Source of the DNA: Vulcanimicrobiota bacterium
GTDB lineage: Bacteria > Vulcanimicrobiota > Vulcanimicrobiia > Vulcanimicrobiales > Vulcanimicrobiaceae
Assembly (NCBI GenBank): GCA_963777315.1
Contig: CAVZQC010000002.1
Location: 800,001 to 864,000 of the forward strand
DNA: 64,000 nt
Direction: 5' to 3'
The position numbers were made by a program, and so were the translations under genes. Of this stretch, positions 51,783 through 59,791 are shown piece by piece. The notes under the pieces were generated by a model, which was not told the DNA's origin, did not search any database, and saw nothing but the letters and a program-made list of their open reading frames with translations. Position 1 is the first letter of the stretch, and every line of letters starts with the position of its first letter.

Positions 51783-53267
51783 ATGCGACTTGTCGTGTTA
51801 TCTCTTTTAGCGTTCGCCGCACTCTTTGCCGCGGGCCATAACGCGCCGTCTACGCCGCGGTTCGATAAAGCGGCGTGCCCGAAAACGCCGGAGCCGATTA
51901 AGGCGCTGCAATATGCGCGCTGCGGTTTTCTGGTCGTGCCGGAAAACCGTTCAAACTCTCAGAGCCGGGAAATTCGCCTCGCGGTCGCGATAGTGCCGTC
52001 GAGTTCGAAACCCGCGCAGCCCGACCCGATCGTGTTCATGGCGGGCGGACCGGGAGAGGCGGCGATTCTGGACACGCCGTTCTTGGTCGACGCCGGTATC
52101 AATCGTAATCGCGATCTCATCATCATGAATCAGCGTGGGACGCTGTACGACGATCCCGATCTCAACTGCCCGGAGTCTGACCGATACTACGCGCACCAAG
52201 TCAGTCTCGTCTACGATGCGCCCTCGACCGGACGAACGCAAGCGGCAGCAGCGGCCGCGTGTCGCCGCCGGCTCATCAATCGAGGCATCGACCTCAGCGC
52301 GTACAACACGACGGAAAACGAGCAAGACTTCGTCGATCTGCGGCGCGTGCTTGGCGTGCGTCGATGGGACCTGTATGGGTACTCGTACGGAACCGATCTT
52401 GCGCTCTCGTTGATGCGCGATCACCCCGACGGTGTCCGTACCGTTACGATCGATTCGGTCGTTCCGCCGGATGCGATCAGCCTTCCCTGGACATGGAGCA
52501 GCGCGCGTGAGGGGATGATGACGGTCTTTGGCGACTGTCAGGCGCAGCCGAAGTGCGCTCGCAAATATCCGAACCTGTTAGCGACGTTTACGCAGCTCGT
52601 GCGCCGCTTTGAGGCGCATCCGCTCGTGCGTAGAGTCGTTCCGCCGCACGGCAAGAACGCGGTGAAAATCGTGTTGGACGGCGGCGCGCTCGTAAACATG
52701 CTCGTAGGAAACAGGCCCAAGGCGGCGGATGTTCCACGAGCAATTACAGAGCTCGCGCACGGTAATCCGAAAATGTTTCTCGAGCAGCGAGCGGCTGGAG
52801 CGCATGTCACTCCCGTTCCGGAGCAGGCGCTGGGCATGACGCAGAGTTTCCTTTGTCGGGAATCGACGCCGTACGGTTCGCGCGCGGCAATCTTGCGCGC
52901 CGGAAGACAGGCGTTTCCGGCCTGGCCTTCCTCGGTTTTGATCAACGCTCCCCAACTGCCGTTCGAGCACGAACTGTGCGACGTGTGGAACGTTCCGCCA
53001 GGGCCTGCATCGCAGCGTATTCGAGTTCATAGCAGTTTACCTACGCTTATCGTGGTGGGGGCAATCGACGCAAAAACCGGCGCGCAGTGGGGACGATATG
53101 CTGCCGCAACGTTGCCGAAGTCGACGTACGTGCGCATGCCGGGTATGGCACACTGGGTGATCGTGCAGTCGCCGTGCGCGCAGCGGATCTTCCAATCGTT
53201 TCTCGCGAGTCCGAGTAAAACAAACACGTCGTGCGCGGCAACCGTGCGCGGAATCGAATTTAAATGA
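51783..53267 (+). CDS. Secreted alpha/beta hydrolase (TAP-like peptidase), copy 1
   Basis: CGFLVVPENR, AGGPG, NQRGT, nucleophile GYSYG, C-terminal AH. Confidence 0.9.
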   Translation: MRLVVLSLLAFAALFAAGHNAPSTPRFDKAACPKTPEPIKALQYARCGFLVVPENRSNSQSREIRLAVAIVPSSSKPAQPDPIVFMAGGPGEAAILDTPFLVDAGINRNRDLIIMNQRGTLYDDPDLNCPESDRYYAHQVSLVYDAPSTGRTQAAAAAACRRRLINRGIDLSAYNTTENEQDFVDLRRVLGVRRWDLYGYSYGTDLALSLMRDHPDGVRTVTIDSVVPPDAISLPWTWSSAREGMMTVFGDCQAQPKCARKYPNLLATFTQLVRRFEAHPLVRRVVPPHGKNAVKIVLDGGALVNMLVGNRPKAADVPRAITELAHGNPKMFLEQRAAGAHVTPVPEQALGMTQSFLCRESTPYGSRAAILRAGRQAFPAWPSSVLINAPQLPFEHELCDVWNVPPGPASQRIRVHSSLPTLIVVGAIDAKTGAQWGRYAAATLPKSTYVRMPGMAHWVIVQSPCAQRIFQSFLASPSKTNTSCAATVRGIEFK

Positions 53268-54796
53268 AACGCGGATCGTGGTTTGCAATTCTCGTCGGCA
53301 TACTGGTCGCATCGGGTGCGGGTGCACATTTCGCTACGGCGGCAGCGCCGAGCGCGCCGTCGTTCGTTGCAGGCCCGTGCCCGGCGCCGCCGGAGCCCAT
53401 TCCGCAGCTGAAAGGGGCGCGATGCGGACGGCTCATCGTTCCCGAGGACCGGCAGCGTGCCGGCGGCCGGACGATCAGCTTGGCGGTGGCAATCATTCCA
53501 GCGGCGGCCGCAGTAAAGAGGAGGGAGCCGATCGTGTGGCTTGCCGGCGGCCCGGGAGACGATGCGATTACCGAGATCCCGATGGCGCTGGCCGGAAAAC
53601 TCAACGCCGATCGCGACGTCGTCTTTATGTCGCAACGCGGCACGTATACCGCTCGACCGAAGCTGACGTGCGAGCCGGTCGATCGCTGGGGTGCCGAAAC
53701 GCTCAACATGCCATACGATGCACCCGCAACGCAGCGGGCGTATTCCATTGCAACGCTCAAATGCCGCCAGGAGTTATTGGCGCGCACTAGCGACCTCGGC
53801 GCGTATAACTCCTTGGAAAGTGCGGACGACCTCGACGATCTGCGCGTCGCATTGCACATCCCTAAATGGAACGTGTACGGCATTTCCTACGGAACGGATC
53901 TGGCCCTGACCTATATGAAACGGCATCCCGGCGGCATCCGATCCGTCGCCATCGACGGCGTGTTTCCGCCGCCAATCGCCGGCGGTGTCGCAGCGTGGAC
54001 CAGCGCCGGTGAGGGGATCAATGCGGTGTTCAAGGCGTGCCAAGGACAGGCCGCATGCCGTAAGCGATACGGCGACATCGGCGCGACCTTCCGGCAGCTT
54101 GTGATCCAGTACGAGGCATCGCCGAAGACCTTCAAAGTAGCGGTGCCTGGGCAATCCGGAAAAGTGAACGTCAAAATCAGCGGCGGCATGCTCCTGCAAT
54201 GGGCGGTTTCGCCTGGGACGCACATTGCAGCAAAGGTTCCCGCTGCAATTTACGCGCTCGCGCACGGCGACCCGGCGCCGATCGCATCGACTTGGGCCGC
54301 ACCGAAGCTCAATCCCGCCGGTATCGGCGTTCTGGGCAACGGGCTATTTTACGGCGTGTCCTGCGGTGAGTGGGTGCCGTACGAAACGGAGCAGAGCGTC
54401 GTCGCCGCGGGACGGCGCGCTTTTCCAACGTTCCCGACTTCGATTTTGAGAAACGCTCCGAACCTGCCGTTTATGCGTCAGAACTGTCGCGACTGGAACG
54501 TGCCGCGAGTTTCTGAGGTGGTGCGATCGGTGACGCGAAGCAGCATACCGACCCTCGTCGTGAACTCGCAATACGACGGACAGACTGCGGCATCGTTCGG
54601 TGCCTACGTGGCTCGTACGCTGTCGAATTCTACCGTCGTAACCATACCGAACATTGCCCACGTTGCGTTCGGCAGTCCATCAGCCACTTCAAACGAGTGC
54701 GCGTTTGCGATCGCAGCGTCATTCTTCGACGTATTGAACAAAGCAGACACGAGCTGCGTCAAAAGAGTACCGTCAACGAAGTTCGTGCTAAAGTGA
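53264..54796 (+). CDS. Secreted alpha/beta hydrolase (TAP-like peptidase), copy 2
   Basis: CGRLIVPEDR, AGGPG, SQRGT, GISYG; ATGA overlap with copy 1. Confidence 0.9.
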   Translation: MKRGSWFAILVGILVASGAGAHFATAAAPSAPSFVAGPCPAPPEPIPQLKGARCGRLIVPEDRQRAGGRTISLAVAIIPAAAAVKRREPIVWLAGGPGDDAITEIPMALAGKLNADRDVVFMSQRGTYTARPKLTCEPVDRWGAETLNMPYDAPATQRAYSIATLKCRQELLARTSDLGAYNSLESADDLDDLRVALHIPKWNVYGISYGTDLALTYMKRHPGGIRSVAIDGVFPPPIAGGVAAWTSAGEGINAVFKACQGQAACRKRYGDIGATFRQLVIQYEASPKTFKVAVPGQSGKVNVKISGGMLLQWAVSPGTHIAAKVPAAIYALAHGDPAPIASTWAAPKLNPAGIGVLGNGLFYGVSCGEWVPYETEQSVVAAGRRAFPTFPTSILRNAPNLPFMRQNCRDWNVPRVSEVVRSVTRSSIPTLVVNSQYDGQTAASFGAYVARTLSNSTVVTIPNIAHVAFGSPSATSNECAFAIAASFFDVLNKADTSCVKRVPSTKFVLK

Positions 54797-54998
54797 CGAC
54801 GGTATAGGCTGGGCAATTGCGGAATGGTACGCGCTTGGCTCGAACGGTTTGCTGAAGTCGTGAATTAACAGGAAACGCACGCATCTACAAGTGAGCTGCC
54901 GCGACCGTGTGCCGCGTTCATGTGGACTGTAACTGAACATAGGCGAAGAAGCGCCTTCGCCCAGATCCCCTGGCCCGCAGGGGTTTGAGCGTTTCCGA

Positions 54999-55045
54999 TG
55001 GCGGAGATGGGGCGATGGTCAGACCCTGACCCCTTACATGCGAAG
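54999..55045 (-). other. Decayed 3' half of tRNA-Ala(CGC), probable att site of an integrative element
   Basis: The minus strand reads CTTCGCAT-GTAAG-GGGTC-AGGGT-CTGACCA-TCGCCC-CATCTCC-GCCA: CGC anticodon loop, acceptor 3' strand with U70, CCA end, mutated T-loop, no 5' half. Confidence 0.7.
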
Positions 55046-55234
55046 GAAAAAAGCCACAAAACCGCGCGCTCGTAAGAAACCGAAGAAGTAGCGGGATTTT
55101 GCCCGTGAAATTGGACTTTTTGCGCGCTTCCTTCGTCCGCCGGCGTCCGCGATTTCCGCCGGTTTCCGCGCCAATTGTCGTACGATTGTCGTAAAACGAC
55201 GACGCTCCCCAATCGAGCCGGCCTGAATCGGCCA

Positions 55235-56632
55235 CTAATAGATCGTATCAGTCAGATAGCCAGATCTCCCGTAGCAAGGCAGACCGTACTTTGTCTTGTG
55301 CGGGTTCAAGCGCGAATTCGCCTTAGTGCGCCGGAAGCGCTTTCCGCAAGCCGGACACTCATACACGTATATCGGCCCGGATCTAGAGCGGGCGCGGCGG
55401 ACAAACGAGTGCGACGACGCCGACCGTGGGGGAAGCGCTGGTATGCCGCCCATCTCAGTAGGCGTTAACTCAATCGCAAACCTTGGCGTGAACGTCTGCG
55501 CTGACACTGTCGCCCCTTGTATACGATCGACCCTATAGCTACGTAGTTCTCCCGTGTTGCTACGAATTGCGTAGAGCAGTACATGACCATCGCCTGTGCG
55601 ACGCAATGAGTAAGGCTCTATGGATCTGACGCTGCCGTTATAAAGGAGATTTACGCAGAGATGATTTGACGCCGCAAATCGCACAATTTCAAGGTGTGAA
55701 GACGCGGGAACGCCTGCGCCGCGCAGTGCACCCACCGGAGGTCTGAGCAACACCTCGCCTGGCCCTATTGGCGCAATTGCTGGCGTGGCCGGAGCGGCGC
55801 CAGTCGCCAGCCAGTTGAAAAGATCTGGAAGGGTCGACCAAAAGGATTCGAACGATGGCAAAGCAGGCAGTTGATGGCCCAGCATTACTGCCCAGTCGAC
55901 TTGCAATTCGTCGAGCGCGAGGGCAACCGTTGCGACGGTCGGCATGGTGATTCCCTTGAATGCGCATTTGCGCTGCAGTACCATCAATACGTCCGCCGCA
56001 GCGGGCCTAATCTGTTCGAACCTAAACAGGTTCACGACATCATACAGATCGCGGGGTCGCGTCCTTTCCCCTAGAGCGCGAAGCTTTTCACCCATCAGCT
56101 CGCTGTAGGAGTAACATTGGGCCGCCATTCCCGTTGCTGGTCTGTCGCTATACGGATGGCCGATAGGCCGCTCTACGGGTGAGTGTACGATGATCTCATC
56201 TGCAGTAAGGTCCAGCTTTATGCGAGGTAACGCACCAGCACGCCGTAACGGTCCATTGTAGTAAATTCTCCCTTCGCAACTCGTGTTGCCGCGAGGATTT
56301 TGGTAAATATCAAAGCGCAACTGGTCAGCGGGGATATCGATTCCGACATTGTCGTAAAGCCACGAAGCGATTTTGGTGAATTCGTCGCGCAAAAATCGTT
56401 CATCGAGATGTACGGTATCCGAAAGCGTGAAATCAAGGTCTTCCGAAAAGCGATAGGTTTCGAAGTAGCACTTCTTGAGGCAGGTGCCTCCCTTGAATAC
56501 CCACGTTGCGGCTAGCTCGGGTTGTGCATAGATTGCCGCAAGTAACCAACCAAGTACGTAGTCTTTCTCAACTATGTCCGGTGACAGCGACAACTCCGTC
56601 GCGACAGCAAGAATTTCTCCGCGATCAATCAT
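55235..56632 (-). CDS. AbiEii-family nucleotidyltransferase toxin fused to WYL and C-terminal Zn-finger domains
   Basis: EKDYVL, FKGGTCL, RFSEDLDF, EKLRAL.ER.RPRDLYD; then WYL (LLY.GSVRSIEPYSL...RSYRVDRI); then CPAC...H...C. Confidence 0.88.
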   Translation of the reverse strand: MIDRGEILAVATELSLSPDIVEKDYVLGWLLAAIYAQPELAATWVFKGGTCLKKCYFETYRFSEDLDFTLSDTVHLDERFLRDEFTKIASWLYDNVGIDIPADQLRFDIYQNPRGNTSCEGRIYYNGPLRRAGALPRIKLDLTADEIIVHSPVERPIGHPYSDRPATGMAAQCYSYSELMGEKLRALGERTRPRDLYDVVNLFRFEQIRPAAADVLMVLQRKCAFKGITMPTVATVALALDELQVDWAVMLGHQLPALPSFESFWSTLPDLFNWLATGAAPATPAIAPIGPGEVLLRPPVGALRGAGVPASSHLEIVRFAASNHLCVNLLYNGSVRSIEPYSLRRTGDGHVLLYAIRSNTGELRSYRVDRIQGATVSAQTFTPRFAIELTPTEMGGIPALPPRSASSHSFVRRARSRSGPIYVYECPACGKRFRRTKANSRLNPHKTKYGLPCYGRSGYLTDTIY

Positions 56633-57443
56633 GCAGCCCCGACGGCACGAGCCAGCTGGAAGGTACCCTGAGCTGCCACCGCTTGACAACCCGAGGCGAT
56701 TTCTGCGATGGATCCAGATTGACGAGCCCGGTGTTTAATCGGGATGAACAAGCCTTTACAAGTTCGGATGGTGCTCCCGCTCGTTCCGCTATGAAACCGA
56801 GCCGCTTGAAGATAGCACCATTTGCTACACGGTCCGCGTAGCTGATTAAGGTTTCCGGATCTGCATCTCGTCGCGAAAGATATTGGCGAAAGCAGTCGTA
56901 CACGTGCCGAATTCCACCGCCGTCACTCGGGCGATCCAACATGTCGATGATTGTGCGATGGACATCGGATACGTCTATTCTGACACTGCCTTGCCAGATA
57001 GCCTTCGTCCCGAAAAGATAATTTGTCGGAATGTGTCGCACGACGAACGACACGTCGTACGTGCTTTGATGCGTCTGCCTTACTGGGCGCGCGGTGTGAA
57101 CGAACACCGTTCTGAAAAGCTGTTCTGTCAGGTCCCAGTACTGAGCGGCGCTTGCAGCAGCCACGTAGCCTGGGCTGAACAACGTCGGGACCAGGACCCA
57201 GACGTCTTCCAGAACTCGGTCATCGAGCGATGATGACGGGGGCACCGGGGCATAAAGGCCTCGCCGGATCCTGGTAAGGAGGCCGTTACTTTTCCAGCCG
57301 GCTAGCAGCCTAGACGCAGCCCCAGGCGGAAGGCCTAAGACCGAGCCGACGTCATTTGCGGAGATGAGGTTGCCCGCTTGCCTGAGGACCAGAGACAGCC
57401 TCTCACGACTTTGCGCTTGCCTAGAGGCCTTGGTACGCTCCAA
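56625..57443 (-). CDS. AbiEi-family type IV antitoxin / transcriptional regulator
   Basis: wHTH ending LTRIRRGLY, GYV...SAAQYWDLTEQ, VSDVHRTIID, KRLGFI; overlaps the toxin start by 8 nt. Confidence 0.85.
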   Translation of the reverse strand: MERTKASRQAQSRERLSLVLRQAGNLISANDVGSVLGLPPGAASRLLAGWKSNGLLTRIRRGLYAPVPPSSSLDDRVLEDVWVLVPTLFSPGYVAAASAAQYWDLTEQLFRTVFVHTARPVRQTHQSTYDVSFVVRHIPTNYLFGTKAIWQGSVRIDVSDVHRTIIDMLDRPSDGGGIRHVYDCFRQYLSRRDADPETLISYADRVANGAIFKRLGFIAERAGAPSELVKACSSRLNTGLVNLDPSQKSPRVVKRWQLRVPSSWLVPSGLHD

Positions 57444-57647
57444 CTTCAGTAATCACTCCATGACGGTGTTTTCTGTAGTTACAGTATACCATAGTGAAGG
57501 TGTGACTGCTTTGCTACTACCAGGGCAGGCTTGCGCTCATCCCGGACTTTGGGATTTTTGGCCGGTACCTTTCGGCCGGCGCAAAGCGGTCGACAACAGT
57601 GGGCGTACGCCGACCACAGTGCGAGCGGCGTTTTTGTATAGCACGAT

Positions 57648-58064
57648 TCAGCGAGATTGGTCAGCCCGCCTTACGATTCGCATCACTTCTGCGACAACGT
57701 CTTCCGTATCGTCATGCTCCCAAAAGCGAAGTACTGTCCACCCATTGTCAACTAGCGCGGCAGTTGTCTCCCGATCACGCTCGCGATTTTTATTGAGCTT
57801 TTGCCGCCACCACGCGGCATTGTGTTTCGGCCAAGACGCGTGGACCGGGCACGCGTGCCAAAAACAACCGTCAATAAATATGGCTACCTTCCACTTTGTG
57901 AAAACAATGTCTGCGCGTCTTCGGAGACTGCTACTCGGGCAAATGTCCACGCGATACCTTAAGCCCAGCGCGTGAAGGCGTCTCCGAACAAGCAGCTCAC
58001 AAGGCGTATCCTTGCGCCGCTGCCGCCGCATCTTATCTTTGACAGCTTTTGAAATTGGCTTCAT
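57648..58064 (-). CDS. vsr: Very short patch repair endonuclease
   Basis: MRRQRRKDTPCE, ADIVF, FIDGCFWH.CP.H, N.ERD, GWTVLRFWEH. Confidence 0.93.
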   Translation of the reverse strand: MKPISKAVKDKMRRQRRKDTPCELLVRRRLHALGLRYRVDICPSSSLRRRADIVFTKWKVAIFIDGCFWHACPVHASWPKHNAAWWRQKLNKNRERDRETTAALVDNGWTVLRFWEHDDTEDVVAEVMRIVRRADQSR

Positions 58065-58142
58065 TGTCGAGGTAACTAGAAACTTCGGGCGCGATGAACC
58101 TAACCCCAGCAGGAGGTGAAAGGTACCCATCAAGACTTCGTT

Positions 58143-58166
58143 GTGACGTCAAGGAGTTGACGTCAC
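58143..58166. promoter_or_regulatory. Perfect inverted repeat in the divergent vsr / MTase-operon promoter
   Basis: GTGACGTCAA-GGAG-TTGACGTCAC; each arm holds palindromic TGACGTCA and a TTGACG -35-like hexamer. Confidence 0.7.
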
Positions 58167-58227
58167 GCTACAGAAAGTTGTCGCAAATCGCGCCTTTAAG
58201 GAGCGGCTTAGACCCACGAGGACGCTA

Positions 58228-58500
58228 ATGCAACAATTGCCGCGTGAAGATGAGTTCCGATCATGGCTGGCCGCGAGAGGAGGTTTACACGGTCGATCGC
58301 TCGGTGACATCGTATCGCGATTGCGCCGTGCCGCGAGTTGGGGTGTAAATATTGAGGACTCGCTGACGGACGCGGAAGTTATCTTCTGGTTGGGGCAACG
58401 CGAACAGTTCCAGTCCTGTACGATGAACGTGCGCTCACAAATTCGGCGTGCCTTGTCTTACTATCGCGCCTTTATGCAGGAGCGCCGAGACGTTAAGTGA
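58228..58500 (+). CDS. Small helical protein (integrase core-binding/SAM-like) coupled to the MTase
   Basis: EFRSWL...RSLGDIVSRLRR...SQIRRALSYYRAF; SD GAGGA; GTGA overlap with dcm. Confidence 0.75.
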   Translation: MQQLPREDEFRSWLAARGGLHGRSLGDIVSRLRRAASWGVNIEDSLTDAEVIFWLGQREQFQSCTMNVRSQIRRALSYYRAFMQERRDVK

Positions 58501-59573
58501 GTCGTAAGTCAGCGCGTAGAAAACGAAAAAAGCCTCAGCAAGCGTTCACTGCCGTTGATCTTTTCTGCGGAGCCGGAGGCGTGACCAGCGGCCTCAAGAG
58601 TGCCGGCGTGCGTGTTCTCGGCGCAGTCGATAATGACGAGGATTGCGTACGAACGATGAAGGCAAATCATCGTCGGACGAAGGTGCTGAATCTGGATTTA
58701 AGCGCCTGCGCCGCTGCAGATCTCCGAGAAGCGCTGAGAATAGAACGCGGCGCTTTGGACATTCTGACGATCTGTACACCGTGCCAGGCCTTCTCAACAA
58801 TGGCAATCAAGAACGCAAAGCCGAGCGATGCTAGAGCGGCACTTGTCACACGAATGGGTGATTTTGTCGAAGAACTTTTCCCGCGCGCTCTTATAATGGA
58901 AAATGTGCCGAGTCTCGCTCGGAACCAGCGCTTCTTTAAGCTTCTTGCGCGCTTGAAGAGCCTCGGATACTCCGTCGAATATCAGGTGGTCTGCGCGTCT
59001 TCAGCGCGCGTTCCCCAGCGGCGCAAGAGGCTTGTTTGCATCGCGGTGCGGGGTTTGGATGAGCTCCCAAAACTTGATATATCGTTGTCCCCCGGCCAAT
59101 CTAAAACAACGGTGAGACAGGCTTTTGGAGCGCTAGCGAATTGCTCAAAGGACGATCCATTACACGAGATTCGTAGACCCAAGGGTATTGTAGCGGAGCG
59201 GATTCGCGCAATACCACAGGATGGCGGAAGTCGCCATAGTCTGAATGGCAGGCTTGAACTACCATGCCACAAGCGCTTAAAGCGGCGGGGTATTGGTGGA
59301 TCGACAAACGTCTACGGCAGAATGAAATGGGATGACGTGTCGCCCACGTTAACGACACGATGCACGACGCCCGCCTGCGGTAGGTTCCTGCACCCGTGTG
59401 AGGATCGGGCGATCACACTTCGTGAGGCAGCGTTGCTACAGTCTTTTCCTCCGTCGTATCGCCTTGTGGGGACCGCGACATCGATTGAGAGGCAAATAGG
59501 TAATGCGGTGCCGCCGCTACTTGCAAAGGCCACAGTGGACCACGTGCTGGAGGCGCTCAAAGCGAAACCATAG
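58497..59573 (+). CDS. dcm: DNA (cytosine-5) methyltransferase (DrmMII-like)
   Basis: Motifs I DLFCGAGG, IV PCQAFS, VI ENV, VIII PQRRKR, IX REAALLQSFP, X QIGNAVPP. Confidence 0.95.
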   Translation: MSRKSARRKRKKPQQAFTAVDLFCGAGGVTSGLKSAGVRVLGAVDNDEDCVRTMKANHRRTKVLNLDLSACAAADLREALRIERGALDILTICTPCQAFSTMAIKNAKPSDARAALVTRMGDFVEELFPRALIMENVPSLARNQRFFKLLARLKSLGYSVEYQVVCASSARVPQRRKRLVCIAVRGLDELPKLDISLSPGQSKTTVRQAFGALANCSKDDPLHEIRRPKGIVAERIRAIPQDGGSRHSLNGRLELPCHKRLKRRGIGGSTNVYGRMKWDDVSPTLTTRCTTPACGRFLHPCEDRAITLREAALLQSFPPSYRLVGTATSIERQIGNAVPPLLAKATVDHVLEALKAKP

Positions 59574-59791
59574 GGACCAAACGTTCCAGTTTAAGGCCTT
59601 CGCCAGGATAGCTACGGCCCGAACGCTATGTCAGATTTTTGACCCCTAGACCGGCAAGCAGCCTACGCTAAGGCGGCGAATACCCCTTAACCGATTCGGG
59701 GGCGGGGTGGGCTTGCAAATGGTTACACCAGCGGCATTTTTCGCGATCCCAGTGGTGCTCTCGGCTCTGGCAAGTTTGGAGGGCGCCGTTA

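Noticed and set aside
54999..55045. Functional tRNA gene
   Set aside because: The 5' half is absent and the T-loop is mutated; kept only as an att-like fragment.
57470..57515. AbiE-type operator inverted repeat upstream of abiEi
   Set aside because: Only a 7/9 match (GTAGTTACA/TGTGACTGC) around a TATACT -10; too weak to call.
59574..59791. Structured RNA or small ORF between dcm and drmA
   Set aside because: Only short, weak hairpins and no convincing ORF or repeat.
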